A stretch of 63,449 nucleotides of DNA, filler included. It is 7 parts of 7 records of this genome, joined end to end, with 100 filler letters (N's around TTAATTAATTAA, not from the genome) between each part and the next. Parts side by side here need not be neighbours in the genome. Positions count along the whole stretch, not along the records: positions 48,951 to 58,134 come from DRR723986_20483; positions 58,235 to 63,449 come from DRR723986_20543; 5 more parts are not named here. The stretch is one strand, 5' to 3'. The translations under genes were made by a program, and so were the position numbers. Position 1 is the stretch's first letter, and each line of letters begins with the position of its first letter. Below are positions 49,332-59,462 of the stretch, piece by piece. The notes beneath the pieces were generated by a model. It saw only the letters and a list, made by a program, of their open reading frames with translations. It was not told the origin of the DNA and made no database searches.

Positions 49332-51299
49332 TTATTGGAGAGAGAGGCGCACACCGTACTTGGATTGCAACTCACGGCGCGCCAGTTTGGCGCCGGCTTC
49401 AGTGCTGTAACCCCACAGGCGTACGCGGAAGCGCGGAACGCTGTTTTGCAGGCGCATTTCGTAATAGGCATTCACGCCGCGGCGCTGCCATTCTTCAGTT
49501 GCGATCATCGCTTCCTGCTCAGTATCGACGGTTTGTGCAGCGATTTCAAATGGCGCAAGTGCGGCGTCCAGCCAGCGCACTTCAACTCTGCGATTTTTTT
49601 CGGCTTGCCAATCCTGGCTCTCAAAATAATACATCGGCGTCTCGGCGCCGGCGCTGCTCATGCGAATGCGTGTGGACTCAACTCCGCGTTGCTGCAGGGC
49701 GCTGCGGATGCGTTGGGCGCGTTTGCGCGCTATCTGGAGGTTGCCGGCCGCCGAGCCGGAGAGGCTGGCGTGGCCAATCACTTCGATGTTTTTGGATGGA
49801 TTGTCACGCAGCGTCTGCGCCAGCAAATCGAGCTGACTGTCAAACTGGTCATCCGGCTGCGCAGAGGCGTGTTCAAAGACCATAAGAATCTGATGCCGCG
49901 GATCGTAGTTTTTCATCGGCAGCATCGTGCGGCGTAACTCATTGCGCTTTGGCATGTTGGCGCGCGCAAACTGCACATTGGCCTGGATGCCGTCGTTACA
50001 GACTGCCAGACTCCGCATCGGCACTTCACCTTCGCGGGGTGTCAGGCGATAAAATGTGCGATAGGAGTTGATAATTTCGTTTAGGGCAGACCGCAGGCGC
50101 CCTGAATTGCCGTCGGCAATGCTGTAGTAACGTCCGCCGGTGTAAAGTGCCAGGTAGCGTAGCGCATACGAATCCACGTTGTCGCCCAGGGCTACAGAAT
50201 AAACCGTCACACCCTGGCGGCGTGCGCGTTCGGCCACATCGTTGATCGTGTATACCAGTGAAGCATCTTCGCTGCCACCAACCACCAGGATAAGGCATTT
50301 GTTGTCATTATTTGAAGTTTCGAGTGTGCGCAGGCCTTCCATCGCGGCGCGGTAGAGCGCAGTTAATCCACCAAATCGGTCAAAGTCAACAGCGCGGTAG
50401 TTGGCGCGCGCCGCAGCGGCCGGAGCCGCGGAGATTAAAGTTTCAACGCGATGATCAAAGCGCACGAGGCTGAAGACATCATTCTGGCCCATGGCGCAGA
50501 GCATGTCCTGTGTGGCCACATCCAGCGTCGGCACATTTGGCTGCATATAAGCCGCATAGTCGGCCACAACGGCGATGCCGAGACCGTGATCCGGCGACAC
50601 AAATTCTTCAACCTGCGGCGTGACTTCGTAGGCTACGTCTGAAGCAAAACAGTCAAATCCGATGCGCCAGTTGATGTCGTCGGCGCCCAGTTCGGGCAGA
50701 TAGTTGCCAAATTCATCCATCAGGACGGCATCAAAAGCTCGTGGTGCTCCGCTGGCATCGCTACGCACGCGCATGATTTTCATTCTGGCATTTGGCACTC
50801 CGGCGGCAGCCGCTGCGAAACCCGAGAGATAGTCGGACGGCAGCGCCGATTCCTGGAAGTGTGAGCAGGGCGGCAGATTGGCGCGGCTGTTGAGCGGGTC
50901 TGCCTTTTCTACAAACACCGTTTCCGGCTGTGGTTGGCTGGCAACGGTTATTGCCCAGGAGGTTGCAAGCTCTCGACCGCTCTTGATGCCCACGATTTCA
51001 TAGGAGCGTGTTTCGCTCGGGGAAAATGTGACGCTGTCAAAGGCGGTGAAGCTGCGCGGATCGTTTTCAAAACGCACGCTGTCCACATCGCTGAAGCGCC
51101 AGCGAATTGTGGTTTCATCGCCGAGTTGCACTAGCTGCGGGCCGTCAATGTGCTGCAATTGCGGTTGAACGCTGGAGCAGGACCACAGGCCGCAGGTAAG
51201 GGCGACTGCGAAGCTACAGCGCAGGCTAAGCGACCGTAACCATGTAAAGTGGGATGCGCCGCTACGGGCGCTCCGCTGGTGCTTTCTGACTATGAGCAT
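49332..51299 (-). CDS. Putative lipoprotein: Ig-like + VWA + OmpA-C + SPOR-like domains
   Basis: Lipobox-like LWSC; VWA features (GLTALY, VTVYSVALG, LALYTGGRYY); OmpA IGHAS...NRRVEV; C-terminal FRVRLWGYSTEAGAKLARREL. Confidence 0.75.
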   Translation of the reverse strand: MLIVRKHQRSARSGASHFTWLRSLSLRCSFAVALTCGLWSCSSVQPQLQHIDGPQLVQLGDETTIRWRFSDVDSVRFENDPRSFTAFDSVTFSPSETRSYEIVGIKSGRELATSWAITVASQPQPETVFVEKADPLNSRANLPPCSHFQESALPSDYLSGFAAAAAGVPNARMKIMRVRSDASGAPRAFDAVLMDEFGNYLPELGADDINWRIGFDCFASDVAYEVTPQVEEFVSPDHGLGIAVVADYAAYMQPNVPTLDVATQDMLCAMGQNDVFSLVRFDHRVETLISAAPAAAARANYRAVDFDRFGGLTALYRAAMEGLRTLETSNNDNKCLILVVGGSEDASLVYTINDVAERARRQGVTVYSVALGDNVDSYALRYLALYTGGRYYSIADGNSGRLRSALNEIINSYRTFYRLTPREGEVPMRSLAVCNDGIQANVQFARANMPKRNELRRTMLPMKNYDPRHQILMVFEHASAQPDDQFDSQLDLLAQTLRDNPSKNIEVIGHASLSGSAAGNLQIARKRAQRIRSALQQRGVESTRIRMSSAGAETPMYYFESQDWQAEKNRRVEVRWLDAALAPFEIAAQTVDTEQEAMIATEEWQRRGVNAYYEMRLQNSVPRFRVRLWGYSTEAGAKLARRELQSKYGVRLSLQ

Positions 51300-51482
51300 T
51301 GCTCTTTTGAATCCCGGTCTTGGTCATTTGGCGAAGGCGGCCAAGGAATGTACTGCCGGCTCGCTTTTGCATAACAAACCGGCAAGATGGAGTTGTAGGA
51401 CGACAAAATCAAATCGACACTATGATGTTGGCCGGAATTTCGCGCATTTTTGGCGGCATTTACGGTCAATTCAGATGCACAA

Positions 51483-52841
51483 TCAGTTCAGTTCGATGCT
51501 GCTTTGGCGGAAGGAAAATTGCAGGCCTTCACCTGCGGCACTGTCCACCTGAATGTGTGTTCCGGCAGCGATATCACCGGCGAGCAGCTTAACCGCCAGC
51601 GGATCGGCAAGGTTGCGTTGGATCACGCGTTTGAGCGGCCGCGCGCCAAAGTCGATGTCATAACCTTTTTCAGCCAGCCAGTCGAGCGCTGCATCTGTGA
51701 ATTCTATGTCCAGATTATTCTCTTTCAGGCGCTGCATCAGAATCGAAATCTGCACATTGACGATCGAACGTAATTCTTTACGTGTCAATGGGTTAAACAG
51801 GATGATCTCATCGACGCGGTTGAGGAATTCCGGTCGGAATGTTTTCTGCATGACTTTGAGCATGTCATCCTGCAGTTCCATCAACATGGCTCGGCGGCGA
51901 TTGTCTTCGGCCTGTTCCAGCTCACCCAGACGCTCGCGAATCAACTCAGTTCCCAGATTCGAAGTCATAATGATGATCGAATTGGTGAAGTTAACTGTGC
52001 GTCCCTGGCTGTCGGTAAGTCTGCCGTCGTCAAGCAACTGCAGCAGCACGTTAAAAACATCGGGATGTGCTTTTTCGATTTCGTCCAGCAAAATAACGGA
52101 GTAGGGGCGCGTGCGTACGGCTTCGGTCAGCTGGCCACCTTCCTCATAACCCACATATCCGGGAGGCGCGCCGATCAGGCGCGAAACAGCGAATTTTTCC
52201 ATGTATTCGCTCATGTCGATGCGCACCATTGCGGACTCATCGTCAAACAGAAAGTGCGCCAGTGAACGCGCAAGTTCAGTTTTGCCGACGCCGGTTGTTC
52301 CCAGGAAGATGAAGCTGCCAATTGGGCGCTGTGAATCCTGCAGGCCCGCCCGTGAGCGCCTGATAGCGTTGCTGACGGCCGCCAGGGCTTCATCCTGGCC
52401 TACGACGCGTTCGCGCAGGCGGTCTTCCATCTGCAGCAGTTTGGAGCGTTCGGATTCAAGCATGCGCTGCACGGGAATTCCGGTCCAGCGCGCCACGATT
52501 TCGGCGATGTCTTCCGACGTGACTTCTTCCTTCAGCAGGGTGCCGCGTTCCTGAATCGCGCGCAGGCGGTCATTGGCTTCCTGCAGCTCGCGCTCCAGTT
52601 TGCCGATTGTGCCGTAGCGAATTTCGGCCACGCGGCCCAGCTCACCGGAGCGCTCGGCATTGGCGGCGTCAATCTTGGCAGTTTCAATGTCGGCTTTGAT
52701 GCCGCGGAGGTGTTGAATTGAGTCTTTTTCGACTTGCCACTGAGCTTTCAACTCAGCATGCTGTTCGCGCAGATCACGCAATTCTGTCTCAATGTCTTCG
52801 AGCCGTTTGCGCGTTGCTATCTGAATCTTGTTGTCTTCCAT
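51483..52841 (-). CDS. clpB: ClpB C-terminal half only (partial M-domain + NBD2)
   Basis: AEIRYG, EEVTSEDIAEIVARWTGIPV, GTTGVGKT, RIDMSEYMEK, LLDEIEKAH, GARPLKR; in-frame TGA 13 codons upstream of the ATG, no NBD1. Confidence 0.85.
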   Translation of the reverse strand: MEDNKIQIATRKRLEDIETELRDLREQHAELKAQWQVEKDSIQHLRGIKADIETAKIDAANAERSGELGRVAEIRYGTIGKLERELQEANDRLRAIQERGTLLKEEVTSEDIAEIVARWTGIPVQRMLESERSKLLQMEDRLRERVVGQDEALAAVSNAIRRSRAGLQDSQRPIGSFIFLGTTGVGKTELARSLAHFLFDDESAMVRIDMSEYMEKFAVSRLIGAPPGYVGYEEGGQLTEAVRTRPYSVILLDEIEKAHPDVFNVLLQLLDDGRLTDSQGRTVNFTNSIIIMTSNLGTELIRERLGELEQAEDNRRRAMLMELQDDMLKVMQKTFRPEFLNRVDEIILFNPLTRKELRSIVNVQISILMQRLKENNLDIEFTDAALDWLAEKGYDIDFGARPLKRVIQRNLADPLAVKLLAGDIAAGTHIQVDSAAGEGLQFSFRQSSIELN

Positions 52842-53256
52842 AGCGCAGTCTGATCCATGAAGATTGTTGTGAATTCGTCAATCATAATTGCAGTTACCAG
52901 TGGAAACAGTTTTGATAGTGTGAAGACGTGGGCTGTTTCCATTTGGGTATGACGCCAAAAGCGTCCGTCTCGTGTTGCGACACTAACAAGTTTCACGTTG
53001 GTTTTTGCCCGTGAAAAAGTTAAGTTTGCCGCGAGCAGCGCCTCACATGTGACCTATTTATATGTTTCTGGATTGTAGGCATGTGCGGAGCTGAAAAGAG
53101 GAAGGGAGAAGCGCACCCCCAAAAATGCTCGGATCCCCAAAATGCGTGGTCGCATTGAAATGGCCACAATGAAATGGAAGATTTGCCTGTAGCGGCATAT
53201 TCCATAACTCAAGCGGCGTTCAGCCGCGTTTGTGCATCCCGAACAAACCTTGCAAT

Positions 53257-53967
53257 ATGGATCCTGTACTAAGTTTGGTGACTATCGCAGGCCTGAGTTA
53301 TTTACTCGGCTCGATTCCAACTGCGTATATCATCAGCAAACGCTTCTTCGGCTTTGACATCCGCCAAAAGGGTAGCGGTAACATGGGCAGCACCAATGCC
53401 TTCCGCATCCTTGGTAAAAAATGGGGGATTCTGGTTCAGCTGATTGACATCCTCAAGGGGGTGGCGGCGATCCTGCTCGTTACAGCCTTGTTCGACGGTC
53501 AGATGGCATTTGCGAACCACACGCCATTTGAGGATATCACCGTAATCCGCATCATTGCCGGAACCAGTGCCGTTCTGGGGCACATTTTCTCGGTATTTGT
53601 TGGATTCCGCGGCGGCAAGGGTATTAACACTGCGCTCGGTATGCTCATAGGTATCGCACCGATTGAAGTATTGATTATTCTTGGAATATTTACGATAGTC
53701 GTCGTGTTCAGCGGCTATATTTCTCTGGCCTCAATGTCTGCAGCTGTGGCGCTGCCTACCTCCATGGCGATACGCTATAACGTTTTCCATGTAGAGATAC
53801 AAGGGTATCACACGCTGATATTCTTCTGTATTGCATTGGCGCTCATGGTACTTTACACACATCGTAGCAACATCAAGCGCTTGATTGACGGCAAGGAGAA
53901 TCGATTCCAGAAGCTCTGGTTGATTCGCATTTGTAATGATACTGCCGATTCCAAAACAACACCCTGA
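53257..53967 (+). CDS. plsY: Glycerol-3-phosphate acyltransferase
   Basis: YLLGSIP, GSGNMGSTNAFR, GHIFSVF...GGKG, HRSNIKRL. Confidence 0.95.
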   Translation: MDPVLSLVTIAGLSYLLGSIPTAYIISKRFFGFDIRQKGSGNMGSTNAFRILGKKWGILVQLIDILKGVAAILLVTALFDGQMAFANHTPFEDITVIRIIAGTSAVLGHIFSVFVGFRGGKGINTALGMLIGIAPIEVLIILGIFTIVVVFSGYISLASMSAAVALPTSMAIRYNVFHVEIQGYHTLIFFCIALALMVLYTHRSNIKRLIDGKENRFQKLWLIRICNDTADSKTTP

Positions 53968-53975
53968 AGTCTTGC

Positions 53976-54971
53976 ATGAAAGTCGCTTTTCTTGGTGCCG
54001 GGAGCTGGGGAACCGCTCTTGCGCGCGTACTTTCTCCATCTGTGCATTCCGTCGTATTGTGGAGCAAAGACCCAGCCGTTGCCGCCGACATCCGCAGCAA
54101 CCGCGTCAACTCCGTTTACCTGCCGGGTTTTGAACTCGCGGAAAATATCGATGCAACATCCGACATCGCCGACCTTAAAGATGCCGAGCTGGTAGTGGTT
54201 TCCACGCCAACCCAGTACATTTCTGACGTACTTCACTCTGCAGACCTCGACCTGAGTTCGCGTCCCGTCGTCAGTGTCTCCAAAGGCATTGAGCGCGGCA
54301 GTTTGCGCCGCATTTCACAAGTTTTAAGCGAAGAAGCCGGCGTGAGCCAAAGTAATTTTGCCGTCCTGACCGGCCCCTCACATGCCGAAGAAGTAGCGCG
54401 CGAAGTCCCGACGACGGTCGTTGCCGCCTCAAAAAATGATACGCTCGGCAAACTGGTACAGGACCTGTTTCTGACGTCTGTTTTTCGCGTCTATCACAGT
54501 CGCGACGTCGTGGGAGCCGAACTCGGTGGCGCATTCAAAAATGTAATCGCCATCTCTGCCGGAATTGTTGAAGGCCTCGGTTTTGGCGATAATACCAAGG
54601 CGGCGCTGATGACGCGCGGCTTGGCAGAAATTGTGCGCCTTGGCGAAGTCGTTGGCGCCGATGCGATGACCTTCTCCGGCTTGTCCGGCCTGGGCGATTT
54701 GATTGTGACCTGCACAAGCAAACACAGCCGCAATCGCCATGTTGGTGAATTGATTGGTCGCGGTCAAACGCTGCAGGACGTTCAGAATTCCATGCGCATG
54801 GTGGCCGAAGGTGTTGCCACCACAGAGTCGATCCGCGATTTTGGCCGCAAACACAATGTTGAGCTGCCGATTGTAGAGCAAGTTTACCGCATTCTGTTTG
54901 AGAACGTCACGCCCCAGGTTGCGATTCAGGAATTGATGCTGCGAGAGAGTAAGTCTGAAATCTGGCAGTGA
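53976..54971 (+). CDS. gpsA: NAD(P)H-dependent glycerol-3-phosphate dehydrogenase
   Basis: GAGSWGTALA, GPSHAEEV, KNVIAI, GLGDLIVTC...SRN. Confidence 0.96.
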   Translation: MKVAFLGAGSWGTALARVLSPSVHSVVLWSKDPAVAADIRSNRVNSVYLPGFELAENIDATSDIADLKDAELVVVSTPTQYISDVLHSADLDLSSRPVVSVSKGIERGSLRRISQVLSEEAGVSQSNFAVLTGPSHAEEVAREVPTTVVAASKNDTLGKLVQDLFLTSVFRVYHSRDVVGAELGGAFKNVIAISAGIVEGLGFGDNTKAALMTRGLAEIVRLGEVVGADAMTFSGLSGLGDLIVTCTSKHSRNRHVGELIGRGQTLQDVQNSMRMVAEGVATTESIRDFGRKHNVELPIVEQVYRILFENVTPQVAIQELMLRESKSEIWQ

Positions 54972-55079
54972 AGCGTCTCTCCGCGGATTCTAACAACAGC
55001 TGTTAGCCTTAGGCTAACAGCTTGTGTCTCGCAGTTAACTTTAGATTCTCAGATCCAACAAGCCTCCACCCCAAAAAAT

Positions 55080-55120
55080 CAAAAAGGCGAGCCGAACATC
55101 GTTGTTCGACCCGCCTTTTG
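55080..55120. terminator. Bidirectional terminator between gpsA and purB
   Basis: CAAAAAGGCGAG...CCCGCCTTTTG stem with flanking A and T tracts. Confidence 0.7.
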
Positions 55121-55167
55121 TCTTTCAGGCACTTAACTCAAAGTCTCGTGGTTTTGCCTGTGCGAAA

Positions 55168-56472
55168 TTAGGCTTCGTCACCCAGTCCGCAGCGCTCAAA
55201 GATTTCATCCACACGCGTCAGCAGCGCCTCCGGTGCTACAACTGCGTCGATCTCGGCTGCCGGCAGAACCTTGGTCAGCTCTTCGTCAGCTTTCAGGCGC
55301 TCAACAAATGGTTTGCGGTCCTCCCAGGTTTTCATGGCATTGCGCTGCACCATTTTGTACGCATCTTCGCGCGAAACACCGCGCTTGGCCAGCTCCAGCA
55401 GGATCGTTTGTGACCAGTACAAGCCACTCGTAACATCCATGTTCTTCTGCATCGCTTCCGGATACACAAGCAGTTTGTCCATCATCGGAATTGCAAGCGA
55501 GAACATGTAATGCAGGCCGATAGTCGAATCCGGGCAAATCACGCGCTCCACCGAGCTATGCGAGATGTCACGTTCATGCCACAACGCCACGTTCTCCAGC
55601 GCCGCCTGGGTGTTGCCACGCAGCAGACGCGCCATTCCACAAAGGCGCTCCGAGACAATCGGGTTGCGCTTGTGCGGCATTGCCGAACTGCCTTTCTGGC
55701 CCTTGGCAAAAAACTCTTCGGCCTCAAGTACTTCAGTGCGCTGCAGGTGACGAATCTCAGTGGCTACGCGCTCCAGCATCGTACCCACAATCGCCAAGGT
55801 GCTGATGAATTCAGCATGGCGGTCGCGCTGGATAACCTGCGTCGAAATTGGCGCAGGTTTGAGGTCCAGGCGTTCACACACAAACTCTTCCACGAAGGTT
55901 GGCAGGTGCTGGAAAGTACCAACCGCACCGCTAATCTGTCCGTAGGAGATGCGATCAATCGCCTGCATCAGGCGCTCGATATTACGTTTGCACTCTTCGC
56001 GCCACAGTGCCAGCTTCAGGCCGAACGTAACCGGTTCGGCGTGGATGCCGTGCGAACGGCCAATACAAAGTGTGTGTTTGTATTCGCGTGCCTTTTTGCC
56101 GAGCACGACTTCAAATTCTTTGAGCTGCCCCAGCAGCAGCAGGCCGGCCTGACGCAGCTGCACGGCCAGGCAGGTGTCGAGCACGTCACTACTGGTCATT
56201 CCATAGTGGATGTGGCGCGATGGTTCGCCAACGTATTCCGCCACGTTCGTCAGGAAAGCAATCACATCGTGATGAGTCTCCTTTTCGATTTCAAGCACAC
56301 GCTTTACGTCAAACGCAGCGCGTTCGCGGATGACTTTGACGTCTTCGTGCGGAATGTGGCCAAGCTCGGCGCGTGCTTCACAAGCCAGAATCTCAATTTC
56401 CATCCAGATGGCAAAGCGGTTTTGGTCTGTCCAGATTGCGCCCATTTCGGGGCGTGTATAACGTTCGATCAT
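55168..56472 (-). CDS. purB: Adenylosuccinate lyase
   Basis: MIERY, HDVIAF, GRSHGIHAEP, signature GSSAMPHKRNP. Confidence 0.97.
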   Translation of the reverse strand: MIERYTRPEMGAIWTDQNRFAIWMEIEILACEARAELGHIPHEDVKVIRERAAFDVKRVLEIEKETHHDVIAFLTNVAEYVGEPSRHIHYGMTSSDVLDTCLAVQLRQAGLLLLGQLKEFEVVLGKKAREYKHTLCIGRSHGIHAEPVTFGLKLALWREECKRNIERLMQAIDRISYGQISGAVGTFQHLPTFVEEFVCERLDLKPAPISTQVIQRDRHAEFISTLAIVGTMLERVATEIRHLQRTEVLEAEEFFAKGQKGSSAMPHKRNPIVSERLCGMARLLRGNTQAALENVALWHERDISHSSVERVICPDSTIGLHYMFSLAIPMMDKLLVYPEAMQKNMDVTSGLYWSQTILLELAKRGVSREDAYKMVQRNAMKTWEDRKPFVERLKADEELTKVLPAAEIDAVVAPEALLTRVDEIFERCGLGDEA

Positions 56473-56525
56473 CGCTGGAAAACTCCACTAGGGGATTGTG
56501 CAGGGACTATGAATTTCTGTTGTGT

Positions 56526-57314
56526 TCAGAGTTTTTTCTGGCTGACTTTGGGCTGGAACTCCTGTGCATAGAGCGGCTCGTAGAGCTCTGCGGAGACAGT
56601 GTTTCCAGCGGCGAACAGCTGTGCGCCCACTTGTGCCACGGCGGTGGCAGAGAGAATGTTAACTTTGGGGAAATGCACTGCTTGCGGCAGTTCTGCGAGT
56701 GGCATTGCCGGTCCGCAGTACAGAATCGAAGCATCAAATTGTTCGGCTATCAGGGACTTAGGCACCAGGCTCAGCTCATCTGTGGCTTCGGCCAGGTCCG
56801 TAAACATTTGTGTGTACACCAAATCGCGGTGCGAGGGAATCAGCGTGCAGATTTTTGTGCGGGCCTCTTCACTACCCAGGGCGCGCGCCAGTGTTTGCGC
56901 CTGATGCGCCAGACTATGTGCCGTCGGCACCGCCACCAGCTTCGGTTGATTCTCAATGCAAAGCGATTTTGCCAGTGCGGCACCAATTCGCAGTCCCGTA
57001 AAAGAACCAGGTCCGGCGGAGACGGCCAGGCAGTCGATTTCCGCGATATTCCATCCGCAGTCCTGCGTCAATCTTTGTACGCTGCGTGCCAGCAGTCTAT
57101 CGTGCACATTTGGGGTGTGATAGTGCACTTCCGCCACCAGCTTCTGCGCCTGTGTCAGCGCCACACTACAAATCGAACCAGAACTTTCAATTGCCAGAAT
57201 CTTGGGCGCCACAGCATTTTCCGACGTCCTGTCCATTTTCTGGGCCGACGTATCTGTTGCTTTATCTGTTGATTCCCTGGACGCCGCACCTTTCTGCGCC
57301 GAGTTTTCCGCCAT
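56526..57314 (-). CDS. tsaB: tRNA threonylcarbamoyladenosine biosynthesis protein TsaB
   Basis: ILAIESS, GPGSFTGLRIG, EPLY; start may be later because the N-terminus is low-complexity. Confidence 0.9.
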   Translation of the reverse strand: MAENSAQKGAASRESTDKATDTSAQKMDRTSENAVAPKILAIESSGSICSVALTQAQKLVAEVHYHTPNVHDRLLARSVQRLTQDCGWNIAEIDCLAVSAGPGSFTGLRIGAALAKSLCIENQPKLVAVPTAHSLAHQAQTLARALGSEEARTKICTLIPSHRDLVYTQMFTDLAEATDELSLVPKSLIAEQFDASILYCGPAMPLAELPQAVHFPKVNILSATAVAQVGAQLFAAGNTVSAELYEPLYAQEFQPKVSQKKL

Positions 57315-57901
57315 GCGGTCAACCTTTCACTTCTTTCAGCTCTGTTCCGACGTCATTTTGGGCAGGAGGCGGAACAGCAAAGCCTTTAAAATACGAATAC
57401 TTCGCGACTTGTGGAGCCTGTTCCTCGATTTCGGCATCTCAATCTCCATCCGATTCATGATCGCTTTGAGCAGCTTGTTTCACTGCGCTTCTCAGGCTCT
57501 TTTGAGTTTCTTGTTAGCTGTTGGGAGCAAGGTGAAAAATCATTGCGTCCGTTGCCCAGCAATCGGTTCCTGCATCCAAAAGTCGGCCCAAGGTCGATCG
57601 GGATTTTGTCGGACCAGGCTGGTTCCAAGCCGCAAAGACATGCCGCAAAAGCATGGATTACAGACCGTTCAAGGGCGAAACAGGGCCGTTGAGCACATTG
57701 CGTTTGTGCATATCTGCCGGTTGGTGAATATTGCAAATGTCGAACCAAAGGCGGGTTCGGCCACGCACTGCCTTAGACTGCGGGAGTTTGGGAATCTAGA
57801 GCCCGGGAACCGCGCAAAAAAAAACTGGAATATCCGGACTGGGTGAGGTGTGTTCGAGCACCAAAACCGGGTATTCCTGGACAGGAGGAGGTCGGGGGTG
57901 G

Positions 57902-58134
57902 TTGCGCCTTGCAAGCATCATGTGTCTTATGGTATGAAAACACCATTGCGGTAAGGTTTAATCAACCGCCGTAAACCGAGTCTTGCGTGGTGTTACGGTA
58001 ACGTACACTGCGAAGCGTAGACAGGAAGAATGTAGGCCGAAACGCGAGTGAACGGCTATTTAGCCCCGAAATCCCTCATCGAAGTTGCCGACCGACCTCC
58101 ACCCGTCGGGAAGGCTACACAAGCAGAGGCGTTA
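57902..58134 (+). mobile_element. Group II intron, 5' part (domain I), cut by contig end
   Basis: TTGCGCC 5' end; domain-I-like GAGTCTTGCGTGG...GGTAAC...TGCGAAGCGTAGACAG and TTAGCCCCGAAAT; stem-loop CCGAC-CTCCACCC-GTCGG whose loop CCACCC is complementary to the flank GGGTGG (57896-57901). Confidence 0.8.
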
Positions 58135-58234
58135 NNNNNNNNNNNNNNNNNNNNNNNNNNNNNNNNNNNNNNNNNNNNTTAATTAATTAANNNNNNNNNN
58201 NNNNNNNNNNNNNNNNNNNNNNNNNNNNNNNNNN
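58135..58234. other. Artificial contig spacer
   Basis: N-run + TTAATTAATTAA + N-run. Confidence 0.99.
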
Positions 58235-59305
58235 CACCGTGCCGCCGCACCAGATGCGCAGGCCGGGAGGGGCATCGCGGTAGGCACCGATATCCAGTGC
58301 CACATCTGCATCCGCCAGCCGCTTGGCCACGGCCTTGGCAAAGGCAGCGCCATCGGTGATCCGGGCATCCGTAAACTTCAGGCAAACCGAGGTGTTGGAG
58401 CGGATGGCAGGATCAGCCGCCAGAAAATCAATCCAGTCATGAGCTTTGACAAAATCGGCCACGGCCTGCGCGTTGGCATCGGCACGAGCGATCATGCCCT
58501 GCAAGCCGCCAACGGATTTCGCCCATGTCAGCGCCTGCAAATAATCCTCAACACACAGCATGGAGGGCGTGTTGATCGTCTCGCCCCGGAAAATACCTTC
58601 GTTCAGCTTGCCGCCTTTGGTCATGCGAAAAATTTTGGGCAGGGGCCATGCGGGGGTATAGCTTTCGAGCCGCTCAACCGCGCGGGGGCTCAGGATCAGC
58701 ATCCCATGCGCGGCTTCACCGCCAAGAACCTTTTGCCAAGAGAAGGTTGTCACATCCAGCTTGTCCCAGGGCAGATCCATCGCAAAGGCGGCGGATGTCG
58801 CATCACACAGGGTCAATCCTGCACGGTTTTCCGGGATCGCATCGCCATTGGCCATGCGCACGCCAGAGGTGGTGCCGTTCCAGGTGAAACACACGTCATT
58901 GTCATAGTTCAGCGTCGTCATATCGACGATCTCGCCATATTCGGCGGTGTGGGTTGTTGCCTCGATCTTGAGCTGTTTGACCACATCCGTAACCCAGCCC
59001 GCGCCAAAGCTTTCCCAGGCGACCATTTGCACCGGCCGTTCGCCCAGCATGGACCACATGGCCATCTCAAACGCGCCGGTGTCAGAGGCAGGCACAATCC
59101 CGATCCGGTAATCGGCAGGCACGCCAAGGATCTCGCGGGTTGTCTCGATCGCCTCAAGCAGCTTTGCCTTACCGACAGCGGCACGGTGCGAGCGGCCAAG
59201 CGGTGCGTCCGACAGATTGTTCAGATCGAATGTGGGGATTTTGGCGCAGGGGCCAGAAGAAAAACGCGGATTGGCCGGCCGCGTTGCCGGTTGTTCAATA
59301 GCCAT
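58235..59305 (-). CDS. serC: Phosphoserine aminotransferase (3' partial)
   Basis: [42 protein letters not shown]; start MAIEQP. Confidence 0.95.
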
Positions 59306-59307
59306 CA

Positions 59308-59362
59308 ATGCTACCCTCTCAGATATGCGCCCTTCGTTGGGGAAGGGTGTCCCACGGATCGA
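59308..59362 (-). ncRNA. serC leader RNA motif (alphaproteobacterial)
   Basis: Minus strand GGGACACCCTTCCCCAACGAAGGGCGCATATCTGAGAGGG immediately 5' of the serC start, with a CCCTTC/GAAGGG hairpin. Recognised from memory, not by covariance model. Confidence 0.7.
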
Positions 59363-59462
59363 AATACGGGCAGGCGACCTCTGGCACAAGCCGCAAAACG
59401 AGGCTAGAACGCCGCTTGGGTCGCTTTTTGCGACATCATTGGCGCGGATCGGAAACTTCCCC

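Noticed and set aside
52842-53256. Group II intron 3' end or CIRCE element explaining the truncated clpB
   Set aside because: I found no domain V-like sequence and no TTAGCACTC-N9-GAGTGCTAA on either strand by eye.
55510-57272. 353-aa and 299-aa plus-strand ORFs
   Set aside because: Antisense shadows of purB and tsaB.
57315-57901. Short ORFs between tsaB and the intron
   Set aside because: Several frames give short, stop-interrupted peptides with no motif I recognise; no gene or host exon can be supported.
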